A DNA stretch of 59,585 nt from a virus. Lineage: Duplodnaviria; Caudoviricetes. The first letter of the stretch is position 1, and every line of letters begins with the position of its first letter. Under the pieces are notes generated by a model, which did no database searches, was not told the DNA's origin, and was given only the letters and a program-made list of their open reading frames with translations. Position numbers and translations under genes: made by a program. The DNA is taken from IMG/VR virus record IMGVR_UViG_3300023213_000518, positions 1-59,585 of that record, one strand, 5' to 3'. Shown in pieces: positions 10,031 to 20,047 of this stretch.

Positions 10031-11047
10031 TCAAAACTCTTTTCCTTCTCCGTCCAGCATTTCCCCACGGAACTTTATACAAAGATAGTACATGGCAGAA
10101 ATTGTTGCCGGGCCCTGTGTCATATCTGTACAAGAATCGACCCACGCTAGTTTGTCTATCGCTTCTGAAATCCACTTAGCTTTCGGACCGGGAATTTCTC
10201 GAAGTAAAGCCCCTTTCAGATATCCAGTTATCCGCGCCCGTAACGACCGAAGATCTTCAGCAGTAGCTTTGATAAGTTCCCTCTTGACCACATTCCAATC
10301 TCCTCGTAGTATGGCACTCCCAACAGATTTCGACGAAATACCAACACTAAAGGGCTCAACTGCAAGAGCGGCACTACTGCCACTAGCATAAGCTTGAACA
10401 GCAGTAAGAACATTCCTTGGCCTCCCAATCTCTTCCTGCATCAACGCTTCTATCAATGGAGCAATCGATTTAGAAGATTCAAGATACTGCATCCCTCGCT
10501 TGACTAACTGCTCGACATTTTTAATTGACAAAGGTCTAAGCTCTTCGACATGGCAACGACTGACCAACTGCGGAATTATTTTCACCGGGTCAGTCGTTCC
10601 AATAATCCAAATCGTTCTAGGTGGAGCATCTTCAAATTCTTTCAACAAAAGATTCTGAGCCTGCTTTGATAACCACTGCGCTTCATCAAGAATGTAGACC
10701 CTGAACCTCGTTCCGGCAGGCGGCATGTAATGGGCTGTCTCAGCAAATGCTCTTATCTCATCAACGCCCGTTACATTCGATGCATTAATCTCGTGTATGG
10801 CCATGGAATATCTTCTGGCATAACAAGCATCACATGGCTCACCAAACTTGGCATGCCTACAATTGAAAGACAACGACATTATTCTAGCTATCGTTGTCTT
10901 TCCCGTCCCGGTCTCTCCAACCAACATCCAACCAGACTGCTTTATACCCTTCTCTACAATCCCTGTTATAGTCTGAATGGATTTCTCCTGCCCAAGTACC
11001 TGACTAAACCTCTTCGGCCGAAGAGCAAGATTGAGCTGACTTTTCAT
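10031..11047 (-). CDS. dnaX: DNA polymerase III gamma/tau-like clamp loader
   Basis: RPKRFSQVLGQ, GETGTGKTT, Zn Cys cluster, EINAS, ILDEAQ, SRC motif. Confidence 0.9.
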   Translation of the reverse strand: MKSQLNLALRPKRFSQVLGQEKSIQTITGIVEKGIKQSGWMLVGETGTGKTTIARIMSLSFNCRHAKFGEPCDACYARRYSMAIHEINASNVTGVDEIRAFAETAHYMPPAGTRFRVYILDEAQWLSKQAQNLLLKEFEDAPPRTIWIIGTTDPVKIIPQLVSRCHVEELRPLSIKNVEQLVKRGMQYLESSKSIAPLIEALMQEEIGRPRNVLTAVQAYASGSSAALAVEPFSVGISSKSVGSAILRGDWNVVKRELIKATAEDLRSLRARITGYLKGALLREIPGPKAKWISEAIDKLAWVDSCTDMTQGPATISAMYYLCIKFRGEMLDGEGKEF

Positions 11048-11053
11048 TTCTCT

Positions 11054-11365
11054 TTACAGACTTACAACAAGAGTCGACAACTCTTGACTCAAAGCTTCAG
11101 AAGCTGCAACGAGAGTACGTGACACTCTATCAGAATCGGTTTTCAACTGCTCTTTCTGTTCATCATTCAATCCAGCAACCCAATCACGAAGTTTCTGCTT
11201 AGCAGCTTTCATATCCAAAGACCCCGTAGCAACATGGCCAACAATACTGAGTATATTCCCGAGATCAGGTGCAGCAATAGCTATCTCAGGCTTTGGAACT
11301 TTATCCTTCTCAGCTTTCTTCTCTGCCGCTGTCTTAGCTTTGGGTTGTTCTTTCTCTTCAGCCAT
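11054..11365 (-). CDS. hypothetical protein
   Basis: ATG 11365 after GGAGGA. Confidence 0.55.
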   Translation of the reverse strand: MAEEKEQPKAKTAAEKKAEKDKVPKPEIAIAAPDLGNILSIVGHVATGSLDMKAAKQKLRDWVAGLNDEQKEQLKTDSDRVSRTLVAASEALSQELSTLVVSL

Positions 11366-11552
11366 TTTCTTCCTCCAGTTTTTTTGCCCTATGAATGATT
11401 TCATCCCACATAGAAGCTACAGTAGGATACTTACTACCACCAGACTCAGCGTTTTCTTTCAGCAAAGCATCAGCCAACTCTTGAGCCTTACGAGAAAGAA
11501 AAACATCGTGTTCAACCTCTCGTCTCTTGCAAAGATACTCGCTTAGCTTCAT
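11358..11552 (-). CDS. hypothetical protein
   Basis: 64-aa ORF overlapping neighbours. Confidence 0.5.
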   Translation of the reverse strand: MKLSEYLCKRREVEHDVFLSRKAQELADALLKENAESGGSKYPTVASMWDEIIHRAKKLEEENG

Positions 11553-11757
11553 CTTCTCTTTTCTGTATGTACCTATCGAGATACCACCTAGCTTTTCTCA
11601 AGTCGCTAAGGAAGTCTGTCTTCTTTCCAGCCCGACAAATATATTTCACAGCATTACCAAGATGAAACCCCAAACCCCACGCTTCAATAACCTTGATAGC
11701 TTCATAAACAGTATCACCGCCATAGTGTGACGGATGGTCAACTTCTTCAAACATCAT
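11512..11757 (-). CDS. DUF3310-family (T7 gp1.7-like) protein
   Basis: VDHPSHY, GFHLGNAVKYICRAGKK, DLRKARWYL. Confidence 0.85.
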   Translation of the reverse strand: MMFEEVDHPSHYGGDTVYEAIKVIEAWGLGFHLGNAVKYICRAGKKTDFLSDLRKARWYLDRYIQKREDEAKRVSLQETRG

Positions 11758-12686
11758 TGATCTCCTTCGTCTTTTATTTTCTCCCAAGGCAAAAACTTGA
11801 TGCCAGGCTGTGACCAATAGATTTTAAAGCCGACAGAATTCTTTTCTTCACTACCTTCACCGGACTTATTTTTTACATTACGAACTATGCCCTGCATCCC
11901 AATCACCTTTCCATCTTGACGAAGTCGACCACCAGCACCACCCGCTCTCCTGACTCTAGCAAAAACGCTAGCATAGAAATGCAAAGCCTTCCCGCCGGGA
12001 TTGTATTCTGGATTACCAAACTTAACACCCGGAGCCAATCGTATCTGATTGATAGCAATAAACATGACATTATAAGTCGTAGCTACAGCCGTCCACCGAC
12101 GAAACAACTGCCCAACGAATTGTGCAAGGGATGATTTCGTCCGCATATTCTGATTTTCAATGCCAGCATCCGATTCGTCTTCGACAAGAAAAGATGTTAT
12201 CGAGTCTATACCTACAACCAGCCTACCATTTGGTCTTTTACTATGCTTAAGCTTTATCCAAGCCTCAGCTTCTTCACAAATTTCTTGTGCAGTTTTCAAG
12301 CGCTGGTCTACCACAACACCACTCTTGTTTTTGATATCCATCAACTCAGTTTTGAAATGTGCCACTTTGGAAACATCAAGACCCCGCTTTGAGGCCCACT
12401 TTGCGTCAAGACTATCCTCAGGATCTATCCACCCTATATCGGCACCATCTTCTTGTGCTTTTCCAGCAATATGTATCGCCAGAGCGGTTTTACCATGCGA
12501 TTCCCAACCATCAAGCCCTATTATTTTTCCGTACGGAATTCCCTCAGGAGAGCCAAGGGTAGAATGGAGTAGTGGTTCGCCCAGATCTAGCCAGTATTTA
12601 ACTGGCTTTTCTTTTGCTACAGCGTGACCCAACTTTCTTTGAATCAAAACAATTTCTTCTTGGGGGGTAAGTTCTCTTTGCTCCAT
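11754..12686 (-). CDS. recA: RecA/UvsX-like recombinase
   Basis: GIPYGKI, Walker A GWESHGKT, IDPEDSLD, IDSI, INQIR, PGGKALHFYAS, KNK. Confidence 0.9.
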   Translation of the reverse strand: MEQRELTPQEEIVLIQRKLGHAVAKEKPVKYWLDLGEPLLHSTLGSPEGIPYGKIIGLDGWESHGKTALAIHIAGKAQEDGADIGWIDPEDSLDAKWASKRGLDVSKVAHFKTELMDIKNKSGVVVDQRLKTAQEICEEAEAWIKLKHSKRPNGRLVVGIDSITSFLVEDESDAGIENQNMRTKSSLAQFVGQLFRRWTAVATTYNVMFIAINQIRLAPGVKFGNPEYNPGGKALHFYASVFARVRRAGGAGGRLRQDGKVIGMQGIVRNVKNKSGEGSEEKNSVGFKIYWSQPGIKFLPWEKIKDEGDQ

Positions 12687-12705
12687 CTACTGACTCCAAT
12701 CTTAG

Positions 12706-12736
12706 AACAAAAGGGGCGAGACACAACCCCGCCCCT
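12706..12736 (-). terminator. intrinsic terminator after SSB gene
   Basis: AGGGGCGGG-loop-CTCGCCCCT followed by TTTGTT on minus strand. Confidence 0.75.
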
Positions 12737-12758
12737 GCTCGCAGCTTTTTCGCTTGTT

Positions 12759-13889
12759 TTACTTCTTTACGGCCTTCTTCCCAGCAACCGGTTTTTTAGA
12801 TGACTGTGGCGCTGGCTTCTTTCCAGCAGCTGGTTTTTTAGATGGTGCCGGTTCTTCTTCGAAATTGAATTCATCATCAATTGGAACTTCAGGCTCCTCA
12901 GACGATTCTTCTTCAACAGCTTCCTCTAATTCTTCAGCTGGTTCTTCAGTTCCCTCCAATTCTTCGGTTTGCTCTTCTACTTCTTCTTCAACCGATTCAT
13001 TGAAATCAATATCAGGCTCAGCAGCTGATTTCTTCTTTACTGATGGCTTAGTTTGAGCACCCGGCTTTCTCGTCTTTGATGGACGAGCTGGCGGTTCTTC
13101 TTCAACAGCTTCCTCTTCGGGCTCTTCTATGGCTTCTTCACCTTCTGCTTCAAGCTCTTCGGTAACCTCTTCTACAGTTTCTTCTTCCAAAGCGGCCTCT
13201 TCTTCAGCGGCGACTGTTTCTTCTTCCTCCAATGCTGGAGCTACCGCATCTTCATCTTCATCATCCTTGCCATAGAAAGCATTTTTAGCTTTATTCTCGT
13301 CATATTTTTCAACGAGTTCGCCAAACGGCTTTATCTTTGAAATAACAGAGGACGGTAGCTTTGATGGCTTGTCATCAGGCTCAAGAGCATCATACCTCGT
13401 TTTCTTGTCAGTACCCTTACGAGTAACGGTAAAGTTATACCCACGATTCGGATCAGTATACTGACGATTTCCTCTACCAAAAAAAGACAACAACGCTTGA
13501 GCAACTGTCCCCGGAGCTTCAAACAAAACAGGCCCGCGCCAAACACCGGTTGTATCTTTATAGAGAATCTGTACAGCCAACACTTCTTTAGTTTGGAAAG
13601 CTAACGTCTTGGACAAATTCTGTAATGCTGTCTTCGAACTACCAGCCAACTTGGAAATGGCTACATCACAAATCCAACAATTCCCTTCACCACGAGTATT
13701 CTTTCCACAACGAACAATCCTATGCTTTGGGCCAACCTGATAGTGTTTCATATACTCAACAAAATCAGGATACTGAGTTCCCCTTGCATTAGGCAAAACA
13801 CGAAACGTTGTATCACCTTCAGGAAGCTTAAAGCGACCCTTCGACTGACGACGTTTTAAAGCTTCCTGTGCTGCTTGCTGCTTGTTCAT
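12759..13889 (-). CDS. single-stranded DNA-binding protein (gp32-like) with long acidic tail
   Basis: FRVLP, H/C/C..C metal ligands, TDP..GYNF.V.RKG; Glu-rich C-terminal half; adjacent to RecA. Confidence 0.7.
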   Translation of the reverse strand: MNKQQAAQEALKRRQSKGRFKLPEGDTTFRVLPNARGTQYPDFVEYMKHYQVGPKHRIVRCGKNTRGEGNCWICDVAISKLAGSSKTALQNLSKTLAFQTKEVLAVQILYKDTTGVWRGPVLFEAPGTVAQALLSFFGRGNRQYTDPNRGYNFTVTRKGTDKKTRYDALEPDDKPSKLPSSVISKIKPFGELVEKYDENKAKNAFYGKDDEDEDAVAPALEEEETVAAEEEAALEEETVEEVTEELEAEGEEAIEEPEEEAVEEEPPARPSKTRKPGAQTKPSVKKKSAAEPDIDFNESVEEEVEEQTEELEGTEEPAEELEEAVEEESSEEPEVPIDDEFNFEEEPAPSKKPAAGKKPAPQSSKKPVAGKKAVKK

Positions 13890-13902
13890 TCTACTCTCCT
13901 TT

Positions 13903-14103
13903 TCAATTTAGACCAGACACAGACCTACCAACAGACGCCAAATCATGAATGAATTGAGTTTTCTTTTTCAAATACATATCAAGAAAATCCGGCATCTTGT
14001 CCTTCAAAACATCAAGGGTGATGGTCACCATAATCCGATATGTAATCAAAAACACAATCCAAACCAGAATAGCCGCAGAAATTTTCACCACCAAGTACAT
14101 CAT
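13903..14103 (-). CDS. small membrane protein
   Basis: hydrophobic N-terminus, ATGA overlap. Confidence 0.55.
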   Translation of the reverse strand: MMYLVVKISAAILVWIVFLITYRIMVTITLDVLKDKMPDFLDMYLKKKTQFIHDLASVGRSVSGLN

Positions 14104-14633
14104 AATTTCTCCGTTAGCGGCATATCTTTACCAAGCTTACGACGAGCCCGCTCTAAGCCAGTAGTATCAACTTCTTTCAGTCTCATCTCTTGCTCAGTAG
14201 TAGCCAACCTCGAATAGACATTCAACATATCACGACGCATCCTCAACGCTTCTTGCAAACTCTTCGCCCACTCTTCCAACTGCTCAGCAGTACTTAACTT
14301 CTTTCTCAGAGAAATCAGGGTCGGTGACACTGCCAACTTCTGATTTATATAGCCCTCGGTTATCGACTTCTTACCAGTCTGTACCTGAGAAGCCTTCAAC
14401 CGTATAGCTATGGCAAATTCGGCAGTTTTACTTTCAAGTTCAAGCTCTGCAGCTTGACGCTCGCGCATCTTTCTAATACGAAACCTAGTTGCGTCCATGA
14501 ACAAGCTTGCCTGTTCCAAGACAGCAGAAGGCAGTGTCGGTTCAGTAAACGTCAAACGTTCCAGAACGTCTTTTAGGTCGACAGGCCCGAAAAAGAACTC
14601 AGACTCGTCAGTAACCATACTCTTCTTTTCCAT
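14100..14633 (-). CDS. UvsY-like recombination mediator (tentative)
   Basis: all-helical, KSITEGYI...EALRMRRDML pattern; near SSB and RecA. Confidence 0.45.
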   Translation of the reverse strand: MEKKSMVTDESEFFFGPVDLKDVLERLTFTEPTLPSAVLEQASLFMDATRFRIRKMRERQAAELELESKTAEFAIAIRLKASQVQTGKKSITEGYINQKLAVSPTLISLRKKLSTAEQLEEWAKSLQEALRMRRDMLNVYSRLATTEQEMRLKEVDTTGLERARRKLGKDMPLTEKL

Positions 14634-14636
14634 ACT

Positions 14637-15071
14637 TTATTTTACAATATTCAACTTTGATTCTGTGATACCTGTTTGTCCAACGTACTGACCAGCATAA
14701 GGGGAACAAGGCCCACTCGTTTTTGCAAAAATCAAGTGAGCGAATCTTTCACCTATCGCTTTTTGTAGGTCACACCCATACGAAAGAATCTCTAAAGTAA
14801 GATTTCCCTTGAAACCAGCATCAACGATAGTGGGTGGTAGAAACACGCCTTCACGAGCCCAAGAACTTCTTATCTGTACAAACGCCATCAAGTCATCTGG
14901 AAGCTCGAACGTTTCAACAGTACACCCTAAATAAAAAGGGCCAGTCTTGTGCTTAACATCGGCCAGAATCAAATCTATACCATTCTGTTGAAATTGTTCG
15001 TCTCGAATTGGTAACACTGACAATTTTCCGCGGTCGATATACAGCTTCAAATCTATACCACTCAAAATCAT
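14637..15071 (-). CDS. dcd: dCTP deaminase (trimeric dUTPase family)
   Basis: MILS, QQNGIDL, RSSWAREG, VDAGFKGNLTLE, Y.G.Y.GQ. Confidence 0.85.
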   Translation of the reverse strand: MILSGIDLKLYIDRGKLSVLPIRDEQFQQNGIDLILADVKHKTGPFYLGCTVETFELPDDLMAFVQIRSSWAREGVFLPPTIVDAGFKGNLTLEILSYGCDLQKAIGERFAHLIFAKTSGPCSPYAGQYVGQTGITESKLNIVK

Positions 15072-15081
15072 ACAAGCTCTC

Positions 15082-17868
15082 CTAAGCAGCCAAATCTTTA
15101 CGAACCTGCTCTTCTAGCTCAGCATTGAACTTCTTATTCTTCTCACACCATCCTTGCAGAAACTCAGCGACATCACCACCCTCATAATCTTTCATTACGC
15201 CCAAACGATATCCAGCCTTCCCTTCGACTTGTAGACCAATACGCCAATTCACTTCAGGCCACCAGATCTTTATTCTACTCAACGTCTCATCGGTTAACAA
15301 ATTCACACCTTGACGAAAAGCCGTTGGCAAATTCACCAGCTTTACAAAAGCATACAGAGCATCATGTATCTCCATACACAATCTGAGAAGCTGATCAAAT
15401 GCTTTGTGGTTCAAGCGCAAAGCAGCCATAGCAATCAGCATCAACTGATGAGCAGTCCCTTGAATGGGAGTATTCATAGACTGATTTTTCCAGAAGGAGC
15501 TTCTATCGTTGTCATAAGGTGAAATTTCGCGCTTGAAATGGAACAAAGTTTCTACATAACCAGTCTGTTCAGCCGACTGAACCATAGCATCCATGAAAGG
15601 CTTTACCATCTTGAATCGTTCAAAATATTTTTTATGCCATCTATATACTTCGTCTTTAGATGGTGGAGCAATCCCAAGCGTCTTAGCGTCAGACAGTATA
15701 TGTAGATACAGATTCTCTGGTACTAATCCGTCCACAATTCCAAAATGCAACCCCTTGATCACAGTACGTATAGCTCTATCTTTCTTTATCTTCTCAACCG
15801 GTATACCCGTCAACAAATGTCCAACAGCAGAATGTAGGTCGTACTTCGACAACGAAGCTTGAATGAGAAGCGGATCACCCGACATTTGCGCCAGAATCCG
15901 CATCTCCAATTGGCTATGGTCAAAACCTAGAAATACATCCGTATCACCATATTTCTTAAGTAGCCGCCCAATCGACATTCCTCCAAGCCAATCAGCATAC
16001 AAAGCTCGCCACGACAAATCAGAAACCAACATGCATTCTATTGCTGGGTCACCATCTATGTTTTGGAGATTAACAAGACCTGTTTCTTCTTCATCACCTT
16101 TCTTGGATCCACCACTAGACAAACGTCCAGTAGCGGTACCTGTTATCCACCACCTCGTCCGAACCCTACCACCATAGAGTTCAGCCGACCTTTTGTAACC
16201 ATTCATATACGTCGATTCTTTTTTACCTAAACGACGACGCTCAGACACAAGACCCGGAGCTTTATGGCATTTCTCAAGAATCTCCATCGTCTCTTTCGAC
16301 GTGTCTAGCTTTCCATCGTGTTGCTTCAACCACTCTTCAGGCAAAAATCTCTGCAACTTCAACCTGTCATACAAAAACTCATAGACTTGCTTCGGAGAGT
16401 TAGCATTGAATCCATCTACACCAGAGAGTTTTTCTAAACGATGATCGATGGTGTTCAAACGTTTTGGTATCCAACTCTCCAAAAACGTAAAATGTTTGGC
16501 ATCGAAGATTGGACCCCGACTATGCATACCATCCAACACTGCGCCAGCATGAATGAACACTTGCATCAAAGAGTAGTCGACTTTTTTCTTCGTCGTAAGC
16601 TCGATACGTTTCGTCAAGTCACAATCAGCACCATTATACACTATCAAAACTTTTTTTGGAACGTTGTATGGATTCCAAATTTTCGTTTTCTTATCTTCGT
16701 AGTACGGCTGTATCATATCCTTATAGCCTGCAAAGGACGGAAACCTCGACTCAGCTATAGCAGCCAACCCGTAAGCGTATCGTGAAGAATAAGCAATATA
16801 CTCACCGTAGTTTGTATCAAAATCAAAACCACGCATCCTGATACCAAGAAGCTGCCTGAACTTCTTTTCGTCAGTACAGCCGTAGTGTAAAGCTTTTTTT
16901 ATCTCAGGGTCGCTGATGACAGCTTGAAAGAATTTCTTAACGGTAGGTTTGTTGCTCTCATCAACCTCAGGATGGTCATAAAAGACAACTCTGGCTTTTC
17001 CTGGTTTATAGCAAAAGCCCGCACAAACCATTACCTCTTTACTTTTTTTATTATGACCATTCTCTACGTCAACAGTGATACGAACTCCAGCTCTAGCAGC
17101 AAGCTTCAATTCACCGAAAAGAGTTCTTAGACTTTTAGCTGAAGCAACTTCTTTGTAATCCTGCGATTCAACAAACGAAAAACGAGACGTACTAACACCA
17201 TCAACGCATTCTTTAGCCGATTTCAACGTAGCTCTGAACTGCTCAAGCTTAGACCTTGCAGCGCCTCTCAAAAAATAGGCAGGATGATAAGTGCAATACA
17301 CCCACGCGTTCAGTCTTTCTATCCACTTGGCTTTCTCACCTTTCTTGAAATCTTTTCCCAGCAAAGCCTTCGCAGCAAAGTTTCCAAATATCAAGTGAAC
17401 CTTGGCCTTGCCAGCATTTCTTTTGAGAGCTTCTTCATTGTAGATAGAACAGCAATGGATAACGATTTTATCAGGCTCGCCATCAACTTCAACCTCTATT
17501 CCATCAGACAAGATTATCTTCGGTGTTCTGCACCTCACACAATTTTGTATGTCACAATCAGAACGTTTGATGCCTACAGCTTCCAATTCTCTCCAAAGAA
17601 GCTTTCCCGACCTGCCCAAGAATTCTTGTCCAAGCTCATTTTCTACCTTACCCGGATTCTGGCCCCACACCATTATCTTTTTTCCAGTAACGTACTCCAA
17701 CCTCTTCACTTTCTTAATACCAACAACGTTGTTTTGTGGACAAAAAGAACATCCTCTTTGAATATCAACTTTCGAAGCTCTAGCGATACGTTTGGTCAAG
17801 GCCTTCTTTGCAGCCTTAGCTTTCAGGCTACCAGCAGGCTCAATATTAAATAGCATACCATCAGGCAT
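15082..17868 (-). CDS. polA: family A DNA polymerase with N-terminal UDG-like domain and 3'-5' exonuclease
   Basis: UDG-like GQNPG..E, F.GRSG, N.VRC, YHPAY; exo DVE...YNGAD; TGRLSS, NLQN, motif A DHSQLEMR, motif B R...K...FG, motif C IHDA. Confidence 0.92.
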   Translation of the reverse strand: MPDGMLFNIEPAGSLKAKAAKKALTKRIARASKVDIQRGCSFCPQNNVVGIKKVKRLEYVTGKKIMVWGQNPGKVENELGQEFLGRSGKLLWRELEAVGIKRSDCDIQNCVRCRTPKIILSDGIEVEVDGEPDKIVIHCCSIYNEEALKRNAGKAKVHLIFGNFAAKALLGKDFKKGEKAKWIERLNAWVYCTYHPAYFLRGAARSKLEQFRATLKSAKECVDGVSTSRFSFVESQDYKEVASAKSLRTLFGELKLAARAGVRITVDVENGHNKKSKEVMVCAGFCYKPGKARVVFYDHPEVDESNKPTVKKFFQAVISDPEIKKALHYGCTDEKKFRQLLGIRMRGFDFDTNYGEYIAYSSRYAYGLAAIAESRFPSFAGYKDMIQPYYEDKKTKIWNPYNVPKKVLIVYNGADCDLTKRIELTTKKKVDYSLMQVFIHAGAVLDGMHSRGPIFDAKHFTFLESWIPKRLNTIDHRLEKLSGVDGFNANSPKQVYEFLYDRLKLQRFLPEEWLKQHDGKLDTSKETMEILEKCHKAPGLVSERRRLGKKESTYMNGYKRSAELYGGRVRTRWWITGTATGRLSSGGSKKGDEEETGLVNLQNIDGDPAIECMLVSDLSWRALYADWLGGMSIGRLLKKYGDTDVFLGFDHSQLEMRILAQMSGDPLLIQASLSKYDLHSAVGHLLTGIPVEKIKKDRAIRTVIKGLHFGIVDGLVPENLYLHILSDAKTLGIAPPSKDEVYRWHKKYFERFKMVKPFMDAMVQSAEQTGYVETLFHFKREISPYDNDRSSFWKNQSMNTPIQGTAHQLMLIAMAALRLNHKAFDQLLRLCMEIHDALYAFVKLVNLPTAFRQGVNLLTDETLSRIKIWWPEVNWRIGLQVEGKAGYRLGVMKDYEGGDVAEFLQGWCEKNKKFNAELEEQVRKDLAA

Positions 17869-17871
17869 TTT

Positions 17872-18288
17872 TTACATCCCTCGACTTGGTTCTCTACGTA
17901 CCACATCAGCATCATCATGATGTGTCGAAACTTCAAGAATGGAGCAGCCTCTATCACTTCGACCAACATAAAACTTATGCCAAGTGTTCGACGGAATAGT
18001 AACGGAGTTACTGGCACATAGCCTCATCGTAACAGCATTCATTTCCAAAAAACAAACACCACGAACAACCATAAACGTTTCTTTCTTTATGACGTGTCGA
18101 TGAAGAGAGCTAGAACAACCTCTTTTCACTTCCAACAACTTACAACAGTACTCAGGTTCATTCACATACCAATACTCAGTACCCCAAATTTTCTCCACAA
18201 TCTTGAGTGGTCCAGACTTAACAAGCTCACCCTGTTTTGGAGATACAACAAAAAGTTTCGGAGAAAGATGCTTCAACTCGCCTATCAT
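17872..18288 (-). CDS. cupin (sugar isomerase-like) protein
   Basis: KIWG.E, SLHRH..KKETF, WHKF. Confidence 0.75.
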   Translation of the reverse strand: MIGELKHLSPKLFVVSPKQGELVKSGPLKIVEKIWGTEYWYVNEPEYCCKLLEVKRGCSSSLHRHVIKKETFMVVRGVCFLEMNAVTMRLCASNSVTIPSNTWHKFYVGRSDRGCSILEVSTHHDDADVVRREPSRGM

Positions 18289-19425
18289 CTATTTTCTCAC
18301 CTTAGCAGCTACCAACAACCTTACGTCACCAGCTTCTATGACATGCATCCTATTTCCCGGATGCTCTACTTTGACAACCACATCTGTTTCCAAAAAACCC
18401 AAATACCTAAACACTTCAACCAATCTATCCAACGGCCACTCAATAACAACTGTACTGTCCAAAGAAGACTTGAGTTTCAAAGTCTCTTGAAACCGTCCTT
18501 GTGCTATATCACAAATTAATTTTACATATGTATTTCCAACTTCACACTGAGCTTTAAGAACCCAATCCTCACGACGAACACCGGAAAGATAGACTGCAAG
18601 ACGGGATGTAATTTCAGCAAACTTCGAGCTCTTACAGGAAAATATTGGTTTGAATCTGCTTGACCATTTCAGACGTTCATCAGCTTCAGAAAAAGGAAAC
18701 TCGTCTTTAGCTCTAACTTGAACCAACTGTTCAACACGACCATTTTTGCAGAGAACGGTCACGACGTTCTCGCCGTAATAAACTGACGAAGCAAGCTCAT
18801 TCGACATCGTTCCAACAATTGAAACAGGAAATGGTACATGAGCATCTTTCAAAACCTCATGCACGGCGGTAAACAGAGACACGTTATCCGTAGCATACAC
18901 CTTGCCCTTATGAAGATAGATACAATTCAGCTGAGGCACAGATGGGTCGTTTGTAGAACAACTTGAGGCGGCCAGTAAAGCACCAACCAGTTTTTTGTCA
19001 ATCTGTAGCCTCTTCAGTTTTTCTAGCCTAGTGAAATAACCATAGCCAGCAGCATCAGGAGCATTCTCAAGTTCCAGTTTTCTGTTCCCCCACGAAATGC
19101 ATATCTTTTTGTCTTTCTCATACCAAACAAACGGACTCGTTTTTCTACGATTATCATCCTTGTGCTCGTTCAAAGGTACGGAAACGACGAATGGCTGAAA
19201 GAGCCTACGGTCTATATAATAGGGTGTTTTCGGTAGCCAGCGACCTCTAGCCGGGGCTGTAGCCACTCCCATGAGGTCAGATGTCAAGTGAAAGCTAGCC
19301 TTGTTTGGATGCGTCAAATCAGCCCGTATGAAGTCAGAAGCTGTCATACCTGATTTTGATGGCACCAAATCTAACACTTTCAAGGCAGCTTGCATATCAA
19401 CAACTTCAATCTCTCTAACATCCAT
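18289..19425 (-). CDS. DNA polymerase sliding clamp (beta/DnaN-like)
   Basis: 378 aa; LNCIYL...YATDNVSL resembles the clamp LNGV...ATDG.RL motif; DnaX in the same module. Confidence 0.55.
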   Translation of the reverse strand: MDVREIEVVDMQAALKVLDLVPSKSGMTASDFIRADLTHPNKASFHLTSDLMGVATAPARGRWLPKTPYYIDRRLFQPFVVSVPLNEHKDDNRRKTSPFVWYEKDKKICISWGNRKLELENAPDAAGYGYFTRLEKLKRLQIDKKLVGALLAASSCSTNDPSVPQLNCIYLHKGKVYATDNVSLFTAVHEVLKDAHVPFPVSIVGTMSNELASSVYYGENVVTVLCKNGRVEQLVQVRAKDEFPFSEADERLKWSSRFKPIFSCKSSKFAEITSRLAVYLSGVRREDWVLKAQCEVGNTYVKLICDIAQGRFQETLKLKSSLDSTVVIEWPLDRLVEVFRYLGFLETDVVVKVEHPGNRMHVIEAGDVRLLVAAKVRK

Positions 19426-20047
19426 TTACAGACCTCAAAAATTCTTCACGTGTAGCAGGATTCTTAAAAGCTCCAAGCAAGGACGTAGTCGTTGTGATGG
19501 CCGATTTCTTAACACCCCTCATTTCCATACACAGATGCCGACCACGAACAAGACAAGCAGCACCGGCCGGCTCTAAATGTTTCATCAGAAGTTCACTTAT
19601 CTCAGTAGTCGTATCTTCCTGCAAGGCGGGTTTCTTTGCTACCAATTCAGCTAACCGTGCCAACTTCGACAATCCCAATATTTTTCCACTAGGCAGATAA
19701 GCTACCCAGACATTCATTTCTACAGGCAAAAAATGATGCGGACACATCGACCAAACATGCACAGGACCAACAGAGACCATCTCGTCGTTTTTTCCGGGGA
19801 AGGTCTTGGCTAAAATCTCTTCTACTCTCTGGCTACTACATACAAGACCATCAAAAATCTCAGAGTAAGCCTTAGCAACTCTGCGCGGCGTCTCGGCAAA
19901 ATTATTTGTCCAGATATTAACTCCAAAACATTCACTCAAGCTCATCAGTATCTTTTTGAATGCTTCTTCAACATCTATTTCAAATCTACCAACTAGCCCA
20001 TCCTGTTTTTCTTTACGAGTAAGCATCTTTAAAACAACCTCCCCCAC
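19415..20047 (-). CDS. folE: GTP cyclohydrolase I
   Basis: ETPRRVAKAY, SMCPHHFLP, GLSKLARL, QE, HLCMEMRGV. Confidence 0.95.
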   Translation of the reverse strand: MGEVVLKMLTRKEKQDGLVGRFEIDVEEAFKKILMSLSECFGVNIWTNNFAETPRRVAKAYSEIFDGLVCSSQRVEEILAKTFPGKNDEMVSVGPVHVWSMCPHHFLPVEMNVWVAYLPSGKILGLSKLARLAELVAKKPALQEDTTTEISELLMKHLEPAGAACLVRGRHLCMEMRGVKKSAITTTTSLLGAFKNPATREEFLRSVNGC

